Shown piece by piece: positions 48,143 to 58,426 of a DNA stretch of 61,344 bases (position 1 is its first letter; the number at the start of each line of letters is the position of its first letter). The notes below the pieces were generated by a model, which was not told where the DNA came from, made no database searches, and was given only the letters and a program-made list of their open reading frames with translations. The DNA comes from Spirochaetota bacterium (GTDB lineage: Bacteria > Spirochaetota > GWE2-31-10). The stretch spans positions 1 through 61,344 of the forward strand of contig JBGUUT010000100.1 of the NCBI GenBank assembly GCA_045133795.1. The letters are read 5' to 3'. The translations under genes were made by a program, and so were the position numbers.

Positions 48143-49399
48143 ATGAAAAGAAGAACATTTTTATTTTTTATTTTTATAATGTTTATGGTTGCATGTGCTT
48201 CAGAAGAGGAGAAAACTTCTAATGATTTCGGAGTAAAAAATATAACTCCTTACTTTGTTGGAGATAATGAAGATTCTAGTGAAATGAAGTTTGAATTTCA
48301 GGCAAATCTTACAGATAAAACTTATGCTCTGGATTTTTCTCAAAATTGGGAAATAGAGAAAATTTCTTTAGAAAATTATAATTTTTATTCGGGAAAATTG
48401 AACAGTAAAATCGTTGAGAAAAATGATAATAAAATTATTAATAATGACTTTATTTATGAAAATAAAAATGATGATTTAAGTAGAATTTCTGCAATCTTTT
48501 ATAAAAACGGATATTATAAAGTAAAATATTTTATTACGGATTATGAAAATACTCAAGAAAAAGAATTGATTCTTAAAATTGGTGAGGTAGATATCCCGAA
48601 TTTATATCTTTCTTTAAATATTCCGGATATAGAAAGAGATGTATCGAATGATTATGTCGGGCATTTTGAAATCTCTGCAGGAAATATCGATACGACTCCG
48701 GATTATGTTGATATAGAATTGAAAGATCTGAAAAAGTCATGGTTTGATTCTAAAATAAAAATAGATTCTTTAAAACAATTTGTAATAAATAGCGGTGTAT
48801 CATTTGATATAAAAAATAAAAAAGATGAAGTTTTGTCAAATAATTTTGTTGCTTTCTCAGATTTTATAGAGATACAGAAAAAAGGTGAGAATTTTTTCTT
48901 CACTAATGAAGAGATTGATATAACAAATAAACAAATAGAAATTTCCATAAAAAATTATGTTTACGAAAATGAAGAAGAAAGACTTTTTTATGATATGAGA
49001 AATCCATTGTATTTTTCTATTTTGAATTTTGGAGAAGAAAATGGAAAGAGTTTTTTTACATCGTTATATAATACTTTTGATATATCAAAAAGTCCTTGTA
49101 AATTTCAAAAAACAGATAAGAATGTTATTTCATCTAGTTTGTTTGTAGGGACAGCTGGGGTTTATTTTAAAAAATCAAATTATGCTGTTTGTTTTTCTGC
49201 AGATGGAGTTGTATCCGAAATTGTTGATGTTGATAAAAAAAGACCATATCCTGCTTATCCTTATGGATATTTGTTTGGGCGTTTAGGAAAGAATGGTTGT
49301 GTTTTTCCGATTGGTAAATATTTTTTGAGTGATTCAAAAAAGATGACTGATTTTTATATTTATGATGCAGTAAATAATTCATTGGAAAAACAGGAATAA
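48143..49399 (+). CDS. Surface lipoprotein with PKD-like and LecA/PA-IL-like motifs
   Basis: Lipobox MVAC; GYYKVKYFITD; C-terminal PYGYLFGRLGKNGCVFPIG. Start moved to ATG 48143. Confidence 0.6.
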   Translation: MKRRTFLFFIFIMFMVACASEEEKTSNDFGVKNITPYFVGDNEDSSEMKFEFQANLTDKTYALDFSQNWEIEKISLENYNFYSGKLNSKIVEKNDNKIINNDFIYENKNDDLSRISAIFYKNGYYKVKYFITDYENTQEKELILKIGEVDIPNLYLSLNIPDIERDVSNDYVGHFEISAGNIDTTPDYVDIELKDLKKSWFDSKIKIDSLKQFVINSGVSFDIKNKKDEVLSNNFVAFSDFIEIQKKGENFFFTNEEIDITNKQIEISIKNYVYENEEERLFYDMRNPLYFSILNFGEENGKSFFTSLYNTFDISKSPCKFQKTDKNVISSSLFVGTAGVYFKKSNYAVCFSADGVVSEIVDVDKKRPYPAYPYGYLFGRLGKNGCVFPIGKYFLSDSKKMTDFYIYDAVNNSLEKQE

Positions 49400-49459
49400 C
49401 TTTTTAGTTTGGTAGATAAAGTTATATGTATTTAGTTGTGATTATAAAAAAGGTAGTAT

Positions 49460-50665
49460 ATGAAGTCAAAAAGAATAGCTTATTCCTTGAATGGTGAAGG
49501 GTTTGGGCATTACGGAAGAAGTATTGGTATAATAAAATATTTAGCAAATTATTTTTCGGATTTTCAAATAGATGTTTATTGTTATTATAATACTTATTCT
49601 ATAATTTCTAAAGATTTATCGCTTCCTGCCAATGTTTCAATAAAAAAGAATGTTGGTATGCATATGTGTTATAACAAAAGAGGAACTATTAGTTTTTTGA
49701 AGACGATTTTTTTGAGTAAATCTAATTATGCGAACTTTTTTAAAATTTTTAAAGTAACGCTTTGTGCTAAAATATTTAATCCTATTATAACGTTTTTTAA
49801 TAAGAAATCTTCTTTTGGATATAATTATACAAAAAAATACATTGATGATTTTGATTTTGCAATTGTAGATTATGAACCTTTATTGCCACAGATTGCAGAA
49901 ATTAGAAAGAAAAAGTTCATTACTGTGGATAGTATAAATTTATTACTTTGTGGGGATTTTTCAGGTTGTGGTTTGAATGGAAAAGATTGGTTTTATAGAC
50001 AAATTAATAAGTTTCTGACACAAATAGAAGCTCCGTTATCAAATCCTGCAATAATAACAACAATTTATGATTATCCTATAAAAAAGAAATTTAAAGATAG
50101 AATAATTAAAGTTGGTCCGTTGGTTCGTAAAGAGATATCAGAATTAGTATCTGAAGTGGTTGTGGATGATTTTATTTTGGTTTACGTAAGAGGGGCTGTT
50201 AAGAAAAAATTATTGCCGGTAATAAAAGAAGTTACAGATGTTTCTTTTGTTGTATTTACTGATACTTTGTCAGAAGTGGAAATGGTGCAATATTCTGCAA
50301 GTCATATAAAATTTCATGATATTAATCCTGTTGTATTTCCGGATTATTTTAAGCGTTGTCGTGCAATCATATCTGCATCAGGATATACTTCCATATCAGA
50401 AGCAATGATATTAAAGAAGCCTTTTTTTGCCGTTAGTATAGGTGGTGTGCTTGCATTTGAACAGCGTTTAAGTTTGAATGCACTTCGTAATAGTGGGTGT
50501 GGAGACGGGTGTACTCATAGAAAATTTAATAAGAAGTGCTTGATGTCTTTCTTGGAACATTTAAATCAATATCAGCAAACGTTGGAAGAACGAAATTATC
50601 AAGATGATACAACCCATGTTGCTGAATTGATTATAGATATGATTGAAAAAGAGCTGAAAAATTAA
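49460..50665 (+). CDS. GT-B glycosyltransferase (MJ1255/VC2487-like)
   Basis: GEGFGHYGR, VDYEP, GPLVR, ILVY, SGYTSISEA...KP, FEQ. Confidence 0.85.
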   Translation: MKSKRIAYSLNGEGFGHYGRSIGIIKYLANYFSDFQIDVYCYYNTYSIISKDLSLPANVSIKKNVGMHMCYNKRGTISFLKTIFLSKSNYANFFKIFKVTLCAKIFNPIITFFNKKSSFGYNYTKKYIDDFDFAIVDYEPLLPQIAEIRKKKFITVDSINLLLCGDFSGCGLNGKDWFYRQINKFLTQIEAPLSNPAIITTIYDYPIKKKFKDRIIKVGPLVRKEISELVSEVVVDDFILVYVRGAVKKKLLPVIKEVTDVSFVVFTDTLSEVEMVQYSASHIKFHDINPVVFPDYFKRCRAIISASGYTSISEAMILKKPFFAVSIGGVLAFEQRLSLNALRNSGCGDGCTHRKFNKKCLMSFLEHLNQYQQTLEERNYQDDTTHVAELIIDMIEKELKN

Positions 50666-50681
50666 TTTCAGCTCTTTTTTT
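50646..50681. terminator. Bidirectional terminator between convergent genes
   Basis: AAAAAGAGCTGAAA...TTTCAGCTCTTTTTTT. Confidence 0.85.
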
Positions 50682-50865
50682 AAATATACATATCAATTTT
50701 ATTTCCGATTCCGGAATTGTTATTGTTTACCACAGTCTGATTAATAACAGCAGAAAGTTGATTAGTTACGTTACTTTTTGCAACAATTGCTTGTGATATG
50801 AATTTATTTAACTGTGCACTCATTTGTGCGATTTGATTGTAAGTTGACATTGTAACAGAATTCAT
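50680..50865 (-). CDS. Small YjfB-like (putative motility-associated) protein
   Basis: Strong SD GGGAGG; 61 aa, helical, C-terminal GIGNKIDMYI like the G..ID... ending of YjfB. Confidence 0.6.
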   Translation of the reverse strand: MNSVTMSTYNQIAQMSAQLNKFISQAIVAKSNVTNQLSAVINQTVVNNNNSGIGNKIDMYI

Positions 50866-50916
50866 TTTTTATTCCTCCCGATTTAAATTTTCGGAAGAAA
50901 TAAAAAAAATAAAATA

Positions 50917-51540
50917 TTAATCTTTCAAAAATTGCGGCATATTTATTAAATAAATAAATAAACTTGCTAACGATAAAAACGCTATTATTGAAAATAAAAT
51001 TGGAGCCAAAATTGTGATTAAACTTTGAATAAAATCTGTATTTTTAGAAAGTAACATAAAAGTATCTTTTAAAATAAATAAAAATAACAGTATTAAAGAA
51101 AATACACACTGACAAAATGTTTTTATTTTTCCGAAAATACTTGCCGGAAGGGATTTTCCTTTTTTCTTGGCAAACGGTCTTAAAAACAAATGCATAAAAC
51201 CTTCACGCAATAAAATCAGTATTAACAATATTGGATGCATTAAACCCGTAATTGTAAAAGTAGAAAAAACAATTATAAAAAATAAACAATCAGCTAGAGG
51301 GTCTAAATGCTTGCCGATATCAGTTACGATATTCATTTTTCTTGCTAAAAAACCATCAAGAGCATCTGTTATAATTGCTACAATAAAAACTAAAAATGAA
51401 ATTAAGTTTAAAGTTAGGTTTAGCTTAGGCTCAAATTTGTTTCCTTGAACAATTAAAAAAAGGATAAGAAAAATTCCCCCCAAAGGAATTCTGGAAAAAG
51501 ATAAAAAATTAGGTACGTTAAAAATGTCTGATTTTTTCAT
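50917..51540 (-). CDS. pgsA: CDP-alcohol phosphatidyltransferase (PgsA-like)
   Basis: NVPNFLSFSR, TDALDGFLARK...TDIGKHLDPLAD, RE, GKIKT. Confidence 0.88.
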   Translation of the reverse strand: MKKSDIFNVPNFLSFSRIPLGGIFLILFLIVQGNKFEPKLNLTLNLISFLVFIVAIITDALDGFLARKMNIVTDIGKHLDPLADCLFFIIVFSTFTITGLMHPILLILILLREGFMHLFLRPFAKKKGKSLPASIFGKIKTFCQCVFSLILLFLFILKDTFMLLSKNTDFIQSLITILAPILFSIIAFLSLASLFIYLINMPQFLKD

Positions 51541-51546
51541 GAGCTG

Positions 51547-51574
51547 ATTATACTAAATACTATTCTAATGTCAA
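51547..51574 (-). promoter_or_regulatory. sigma70 promoter of pgsA (leaderless geometry)
   Basis: TTGACA-16 nt-TATAAT, 6 nt before the ATG, no SD. Confidence 0.75.
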
Positions 51575-51761
51575 AAAAAATATCAATTTTATTTTAAAGT
51601 AAAAAATAATTTGCATTGCATGAAAAAGATTCTAATAATTAAAAGAAAAAAGTCGAAATAATAATGAATTGGTCGTATTAGATTGAGAAAACTTAAGTTA
51701 TTGCTTTTATCTTTAGTGAAAAGCATATAAGATAGCATAACTATTTTTTAGAGGTTATAAG

Positions 51762-54311
51762 ATGAAATTTTTGCAAAAACGAAGTGTTCGATTAAAATGG
51801 AGATTATTGGGGATAATTCTTCCTGTTGCACTTATTCCAATCTCTGTAATTATCTGGTTTATAAACGGTAGGGTTTCTCAATATTTAAGAGATGATAGAA
51901 AAGTTTTAAATGATACAATGGTATATCAAATTATGCGTAACATAGATAATGTATATAGTGATATTGTTGCGAAAATACCAGCGTTAATATCGCCGTCAGA
52001 AATAAAAGAAAATATTTATAAGAAGTCTTTTGCTAACGGAATGGAAGAAAAAGATATTGATGATGTAGTTAATGGAAATGATAAAAACGGTAAAGGTATA
52101 AGAAATATGGCTGATACCTTGTCGTTTGAAGGTACGATTTATATTATTAATAAAAACTTACCGTCTATAAATGGTGGGACTTCATTTAAAAAGTGGGTTA
52201 CGGGTACTGTTAATGAGGAACCTAAATTTGAAAATGTGGCCTTAAATGAACCGATGTATAAAACTATGAATTCAAATATTTCAGTTTTTGACGGAGGTGC
52301 AAAGACAGGAAAAGCAATTCTAGGTAAATTGAAAAAAGAAACTCATAGATTAACAGATCAGTATGTTACTATAATGTATCCGATTCTAAATGAGCAAAGT
52401 AGCCCAGATCCGAAGTCATCAGATTATAATCTTTACTTAATGTTGCAATTTATTAACATGGGTGACAGTGGAATGATTGCAAAGACAGTTAAAGATGTTG
52501 ATAGTATTCAACAAGGAACTATTTATGTTCTTGATTATAAAAATGACATACTTTTCTGTAACTATATAAAAGAGTTTGGTGGTAAAGAAAAAGAATATGA
52601 AGATGATCCAGAGTATGGAATTTATGCAAAATATATTAACGATGATGTAAAGATTCTACAGAACGAAAAAGTTAATGAAGCGTTGACATTAGGTGATGAC
52701 TTAAGAGATGACGGTCATTATCGTTCTTATACATTTAATATAATGCATGAAAAACAAGAATATCAGACTTTAATATTAGATTCAAATTGGGATCGATTAA
52801 ATTCGGGAATCAAGGTAATATTCTTTTATCCTATGGAAGTTATTCGTAAGCAAGTAAATGGAATTATATTTCAAATCTTGGCAATTGTATTATTTTTTGT
52901 TCTTGTGATTATTTTGTTTTCTACAATGTTCAGTAAGACTCTTGTGGTACCTATATCAAAACTTGACTATGCAACATATAAAGTTGCACAAGGATATATT
53001 GATATTCAAATCAATACAGAATCAAAAGATGAAATCGGTTCGTTGTTTAAAAATTTTAAACGAATGATTTTAACGATTAATAATGTACTTGCAAATATTC
53101 AGCGTTCATCTAATAACTTGCTTGGTTTTAAAATGACATTTGATAAAGCAATTAATAATTTCCAAACAAACCTTGATGGACAGCGTTTATTGATAGGGCA
53201 AAGTACTAATGAATTTGATAATTTAAATTCTTCCATCAAAGATGTTTCTAACAGTGTTCACGATTCATTAACGTATATGAAAAAATCTCAAAATCAGGTA
53301 GATTTAACAAATCAAGTAATTAATGAGATGGTTAATGAAATTAAAGAAACTGAGAAAATTAGTAATCAAATTAATGATTTTACGGAATTAATTAATGGAA
53401 TTGCCGAACAAACACGATTGCTTTCGTTAAATGCTGCGATAGAGGCAAGCCGTGCAGGAAGTGCTGGTAAAGGTTTTAACGTTGTTGCGGGCGAAATTAG
53501 AAAGTTGGCAATTCAATCAAAACAAGCAGCTGATGAAATCGGTAATTTGATAAAAATGAATGAACGAAGAATTAAGTCCAGTATAAATAAGACAACGGAA
53601 GTATTTGAGGCACTTGAAAATATTAATACAAATTTCCAGAACTTAAATACAACGATTATTTTGATTAATCAATCATCAGAAGAGGCTGCTAAACGAGGTT
53701 TGGAAATTATGCAGGTTATAAATGAAGTTTCTGACAGTTCCGGAAAGAATAGTTTATATATTGAAGAAATTTCTAAAACAAGAGACCAACTTTCTTCTGA
53801 AGTATCAAAAATGCGTGATTTGATTTTAGCTTTTAGAGTAGAAAGCGATGCTATTGAAGTTATTAATGATACAAGTATTGATGAAAAAGCATTAGCTGAA
53901 AAAGAAGAAAAAATAAAAGAAAAGAAGCGATTAAAGAAAGAATATAAAGAAATGAAAATTCATGAAAAACAAATGAAAGAGCTTCAAAAAGAAACTATAA
54001 CAACTTCAGATGAAATTTCCGGTTATAAAGAAAAGAAAGTAAGCTTTTGGGAAAAATTAAAAGAAAAGGCTTTCTTTAGAAAAAAAGCAGCAAAAAAAGA
54101 GAAAGTGAAATTTTCAATACCGCAAACTGTAGCTAAAGAGCGTTTTGAAAATGAAGTTCTTGCAAAGATAACAGACCAGGAAGAGATGGGAGCTGTTTTT
54201 TCTATGTATGTTTATGATGAATTTACAGAAAATTATCAGGTAAAATCTGAAATGACAGATGAAGAAAAAGTATTACTTGAGAAAATTCTTACGAAAATAG
54301 AATTTAAATAA
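51762..54311 (+). CDS. Methyl-accepting chemotaxis protein with a C-terminal extension
   Basis: Two TMs, HAMP (DEIGSL), hairpin [35 protein letters not shown]. Confidence 0.93.
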   Translation: MKFLQKRSVRLKWRLLGIILPVALIPISVIIWFINGRVSQYLRDDRKVLNDTMVYQIMRNIDNVYSDIVAKIPALISPSEIKENIYKKSFANGMEEKDIDDVVNGNDKNGKGIRNMADTLSFEGTIYIINKNLPSINGGTSFKKWVTGTVNEEPKFENVALNEPMYKTMNSNISVFDGGAKTGKAILGKLKKETHRLTDQYVTIMYPILNEQSSPDPKSSDYNLYLMLQFINMGDSGMIAKTVKDVDSIQQGTIYVLDYKNDILFCNYIKEFGGKEKEYEDDPEYGIYAKYINDDVKILQNEKVNEALTLGDDLRDDGHYRSYTFNIMHEKQEYQTLILDSNWDRLNSGIKVIFFYPMEVIRKQVNGIIFQILAIVLFFVLVIILFSTMFSKTLVVPISKLDYATYKVAQGYIDIQINTESKDEIGSLFKNFKRMILTINNVLANIQRSSNNLLGFKMTFDKAINNFQTNLDGQRLLIGQSTNEFDNLNSSIKDVSNSVHDSLTYMKKSQNQVDLTNQVINEMVNEIKETEKISNQINDFTELINGIAEQTRLLSLNAAIEASRAGSAGKGFNVVAGEIRKLAIQSKQAADEIGNLIKMNERRIKSSINKTTEVFEALENINTNFQNLNTTIILINQSSEEAAKRGLEIMQVINEVSDSSGKNSLYIEEISKTRDQLSSEVSKMRDLILAFRVESDAIEVINDTSIDEKALAEKEEKIKEKKRLKKEYKEMKIHEKQMKELQKETITTSDEISGYKEKKVSFWEKLKEKAFFRKKAAKKEKVKFSIPQTVAKERFENEVLAKITDQEEMGAVFSMYVYDEFTENYQVKSEMTDEEKVLLEKILTKIEFK

Positions 54312-54320
54312 GGATTTTCA

Positions 54321-55118
54321 ATGAAAGTAGTGTTTTTGGGGGAAATTGTAGGTTTGCCGGTGGTGCGAGCCTTGAAGAAAAAAGTAAAATTAATAAAATC
54401 TTATTATCAAGCTGATTTTATTTTTTGTAATGCTGATGGAGCTTCAGATGGATATGGAATCTTAGCTGAAACAGCTTCGGAATTAATTAATGCCGGTTTT
54501 GATTGTTTAACCGGCGGAGATTTAATTTACAATAAACGAAATATTAAAGATTTTATTAATTATAGTTCATTATTACGACCTTACAATCTTCCTCCGACTT
54601 CACCCGGTAGGGGGTATAAAATTTTTACTCTTTCATCTGGAAAAAAAATGGCAGTAGTGTCTTTGTTGGGGCGTAATAATTTTAATAAGATTTTTGCAGG
54701 AGATCCGTATCATATAGAGGAAACTTTATTAAATTATTTAGCCAAAGATAATATAAGTTCAATTATTGTAGATTTTCACGGGGGTACAACCAGCGAAATT
54801 CAATCTTTACAATGGCTTTTAGCCGGTAAAGTTTCGGCTGTTTTGGGAACTCATGCGAGAGTTCTTACAGCGGATTCTAGAATTTTAAATTCTCATACTG
54901 CGATTATTACGGGGATGGGGATTTGTGGTAGCCCTTACAGTATTGCCGGATTTGCACCGGAAATTGAGATTCAAAAGATAAAGACAGGAAGATTTTCCTA
55001 TTCAAAAATAGAAAAAGAAAATATTGCAATACAAGGGGTTCTTTTAGATATTGATGAAGATTCCGGAATATCAAAGTCTATTGAACCTATAAATAAGGCT
55101 TTAGTAGACTTTAATTAA
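54321..55118 (+). CDS. YmdB/TIGR00282-like metallophosphoesterase, degenerate
   Basis: GEIVG, LRPYN.P...PGRG, VDFH, GTH pattern. Confidence 0.8.
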   Translation: MKVVFLGEIVGLPVVRALKKKVKLIKSYYQADFIFCNADGASDGYGILAETASELINAGFDCLTGGDLIYNKRNIKDFINYSSLLRPYNLPPTSPGRGYKIFTLSSGKKMAVVSLLGRNNFNKIFAGDPYHIEETLLNYLAKDNISSIIVDFHGGTTSEIQSLQWLLAGKVSAVLGTHARVLTADSRILNSHTAIITGMGICGSPYSIAGFAPEIEIQKIKTGRFSYSKIEKENIAIQGVLLDIDEDSGISKSIEPINKALVDFN

Positions 55119-55666
55119 TTATCTAAAAAGAAAAAACTGGAAAATCTGGAATAAACGGCGGAGTTTTCTGGATTAAATATGTTGGCTTGTAATAAATAGA
55201 TTTCTTTTTTAAGAAAAGTTTTTCTCTTGTTAGACCATACGTTTCGTATATCGGAAGCTGTTTTTCCTATATTTATCATAAGAACAGCATCGTATTGCAT
55301 ATTTTTTGCAGCCCACATTATTTCATCTTGACCGGCATTTTTTATTATAATTTTTGCGATTTCAGGATTTTTCTTTTTTAACATATCCATTGTGATGATA
55401 TCAAAATCTAATTTTTTAGCAGATTTATAAAATGTTTCAGGTATAAGTGTTTCTAGCACTTTTTTGTCTGAATCTGTTGCATTTACAATGTATGGAGAAT
55501 ATAAAAAGACTTCAACTCCATTCGGCATAATTTTTTGAATTTTTTTAACAATATCGTCGAAAACAGCTTGTGATTCAAAAACCGCTAACGGGATATTTTG
55601 GCAAAAAATTAAGGATGAAGAAAACAATAAAAAAATAAAAAATAAGATTTTTTTAGAATTATACAT
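55115..55666 (-). CDS. Hypothetical exported protein
   Basis: SD AAGGA, signal-peptide-like N-terminus, 183 aa. Confidence 0.6.
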   Translation of the reverse strand: MYNSKKILFFIFLLFSSSLIFCQNIPLAVFESQAVFDDIVKKIQKIMPNGVEVFLYSPYIVNATDSDKKVLETLIPETFYKSAKKLDFDIITMDMLKKKNPEIAKIIIKNAGQDEIMWAAKNMQYDAVLMINIGKTASDIRNVWSNKRKTFLKKEIYLLQANIFNPENSAVYSRFSSFFFLDN

Positions 55667-55791
55667 AATAGCTTTCCTTGTATTTTACTTATCATATCTT
55701 TGTAATTTTAACTATATACAATTTTATGTTATTGCTTTTTTTATTAAAAAAGAGTTAAGTTCGTTTTTAATAAAAAAATGGAGATTATTAA

Positions 55792-56520
55792 ATGAAAAGA
55801 AAAATACTTTTTATATTTTTATTTTTAGGTGTTGCTATTTTTTTATCATCAGAGCAATTAAGATTCGAAAATAAGAAATGTTTGTTTTTTGATGAGTTTG
55901 AGAATCTAGAAGAATGGATTTACGTAAAACAACCGTTAGTGAGAAATGAAACGAAATATTCAATTGTTAAGCAAGGAGAAAAAACTGCATTGAAATGTGA
56001 ATCACATAATTCTGCTTCATCTTTGCAATCTAAATATAATTTTAATGTTTATGAATATCCGATTGTAAGATGGCGATGGAAGAGTGATCAGTTATTGAAT
56101 ACGGGAGATATTCGAAAAAAAAAGACAGAGGATGCAACTTTAAGAATTTACGTGAATTTTAGATATAACAAGGAAACTGCCGATGCAGGTTATAAATTTA
56201 GATATAATTTTGTTAAAAATACTTATGGGTTGGAAATACCGCAATTTAGTCTTGTTTATGTTATCGAATCAAGGGAACAAGAAGAGGAGATTTATGACAG
56301 CCCGTTTGATCCGGGAAACTCGAAGATTATAATAAAAAGAAGCGGAAAAAAAGATGAGAGAAAATGGTTTGAGGAAGAAATCAATATATTGGAAGATTAT
56401 AGAAAAGCTTTCGGAAAAGAACCGCAAAAAGAGGCTTATATCGGGATAATGTGTGATACAGATAACACTAAAGAATCAACTGTTTCATATCTTGATTATC
56501 TGGGTGTGTTTGCGGAATAA
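55792..56520 (+). CDS. DUF3047-like exported protein
   Basis: P..RWRWK, ED..LRIYV.F, W..EE.NI.EDYRKAFG, IMCDTDNT. Confidence 0.8.
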   Translation: MKRKILFIFLFLGVAIFLSSEQLRFENKKCLFFDEFENLEEWIYVKQPLVRNETKYSIVKQGEKTALKCESHNSASSLQSKYNFNVYEYPIVRWRWKSDQLLNTGDIRKKKTEDATLRIYVNFRYNKETADAGYKFRYNFVKNTYGLEIPQFSLVYVIESREQEEEIYDSPFDPGNSKIIIKRSGKKDERKWFEEEINILEDYRKAFGKEPQKEAYIGIMCDTDNTKESTVSYLDYLGVFAE

Positions 56521-56636
56521 GTCAGAAATGAATTGAAATAATTTAATATAAATGCTAATTGTTAGCACTCTCAGAAGAGTGATGTTTATTGATATAATAT
56601 GTATTTTTAATTCTTTTATTTACTTACAGGTATTTC

Positions 56637-58424
56637 ATGAAAAAAATAATAAAAATTGGTTTTTTTATAATATCGTTATTTAGTTCTGTTTTTACTTTGT
56701 GTTCTATAACAGAATATAATGAATATTTGGATTCAGGTTTGGTAGAGAAAAACGGAACTTTTGGATTGAATCCATATTTAACGCCTAATTTTATTTCCGG
56801 TTTTATAAGTAGTTCGACTGATGATTATTTTGAACTTGGTGCACGTTTAAAAGTTCATTACTCACCGAAAGAATTAAAAGGTTTGTTTTTTAACGGTGAA
56901 ATGACAATGAGTAATGTTTCTGTACGTGAAACCGGCGGAGATGCTGCGGCGTGGTGGAATGGGACGATTCCGTGGTGGGGAGAGACGAATTTTGGTTTTG
57001 AAAGTCGTTGGTTTGATTTTAAATTAGGCTATCAAAATATGGTTTCTTCTACAGGGATATACAATAATTTGATGTTGGATGATTATTCCGGTGCTTTTTT
57101 GGGATATAAGTCAAATTTGGCGATTACTAAGTTTTTTGATTTTCAGGTTATTATGAACTTTGTTCGTATTCATCAAGGTCCTTGGTATACCGGAGATGCT
57201 ACTTACGAATGGGATTATATATATGATTCTATAAAGTTGCATGAAGATGAATACAGTTCAATAGATTCAAAATATCAAGCAAAATACGGAAAAACTTTAT
57301 ATATGCATAAAATAAATATTCGACCGGCTCCGTGGATTCGTTTTGGTTTGCAGGAATCTGTTTATTTTCTTGGAGAAAATCTAAATCCATATTTTATAAA
57401 TCCTTTTTTCTTATATTTCGCAACAGGGATGATTGGAGGAGAACTTGAAGATAAATATGGTACTTCAAATAATGTAGGAGCAAATGATATTAAAATAGGG
57501 CTAGATTTTTCTGTAGGATTTGACGGTTGGCGACTTTACGGAGAATTGATGATAGATGATGCAAATGGTGAGTATTTGAAATTTCAACAACCGGATCATC
57601 CGGATAGAGTAGCATTTATGCTAGGCGGAGAGTTAAGAGGATATTTATTTGATAAATATTTGCCGTTACCACGTAAAGTAAGTAATATAATTAAAAATTT
57701 GTATGTAAATTTTGAAATGGCTACTATTTCTCGTTATTGTTTTTCGAGAGATGACAATTATAATTATGAATATGTCAGAGAGGAGTATCCGTTTAAATAT
57801 TATCCGTCAAATTATGCATTAGTAAAAAATACAGACGGTTCTTTAAAATATCCGGATTATATTGAGTATACCGAAGAAATGAGCCGTAAGATTAATCGTA
57901 TCGGTAATTTTATTGGTTATAAATACGGTTCTAACTCAGATAGTTTTGATATTGCTATTGGTTGGCGAAATGATTTGTATAATGTAAAGGATTCCAGAGC
58001 TGATTATATTACTGATCGTTACTATGAATCATTGAAAGAAAATAAAAGACCGGACAGACTTTTAAAAATGCAATTGCATTATCAACATTATCGCTTAGGG
58101 ACAGACCGAGATGTTGTATTGCCGTTTTATATGAATGAACATTTTTATTATAATTTGAATCTGTATGATGAACAAGGAAATCCTCTTACCGGAGAAGATG
58201 CCGAAGGCGGTACTGATTTAAGAACAGGATTTATCAATGAAGTTTTATTTGCCGGAGATACATTAGATTTTAACATTTATGCAGATTTATTTCATTTTAA
58301 TCGTGGAATAGTTGGTTTGGAAATGAAACATTCTTTTATATGGGGAACTACATATCCTAATAGTAGTAATGCCAGTACAGAGTTTACTTATAAATTTGAT
58401 ATGGGTATAATTATAGGTTTTTAA
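56637..58424 (+). CDS. Putative outer-membrane protein, capsule assembly Wzi-like
   Basis: Signal peptide, NLML.D, H.INIRP..WIRFGLQESV, YGELMIDD, IGYKYGSNS, C-terminal Phe. Confidence 0.65.
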   Translation: MKKIIKIGFFIISLFSSVFTLCSITEYNEYLDSGLVEKNGTFGLNPYLTPNFISGFISSSTDDYFELGARLKVHYSPKELKGLFFNGEMTMSNVSVRETGGDAAAWWNGTIPWWGETNFGFESRWFDFKLGYQNMVSSTGIYNNLMLDDYSGAFLGYKSNLAITKFFDFQVIMNFVRIHQGPWYTGDATYEWDYIYDSIKLHEDEYSSIDSKYQAKYGKTLYMHKINIRPAPWIRFGLQESVYFLGENLNPYFINPFFLYFATGMIGGELEDKYGTSNNVGANDIKIGLDFSVGFDGWRLYGELMIDDANGEYLKFQQPDHPDRVAFMLGGELRGYLFDKYLPLPRKVSNIIKNLYVNFEMATISRYCFSRDDNYNYEYVREEYPFKYYPSNYALVKNTDGSLKYPDYIEYTEEMSRKINRIGNFIGYKYGSNSDSFDIAIGWRNDLYNVKDSRADYITDRYYESLKENKRPDRLLKMQLHYQHYRLGTDRDVVLPFYMNEHFYYNLNLYDEQGNPLTGEDAEGGTDLRTGFINEVLFAGDTLDFNIYADLFHFNRGIVGLEMKHSFIWGTTYPNSSNASTEFTYKFDMGIIIGF

Positions 58425-58426
58425 AA

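Noticed and set aside
56562-56585. CIRCE-like TTAGCACTC-TCAGAA-GAGTGATGT
   Set aside because: Spacer is 6 nt instead of 9, the right arm is degenerate, and the downstream gene is not a chaperone.
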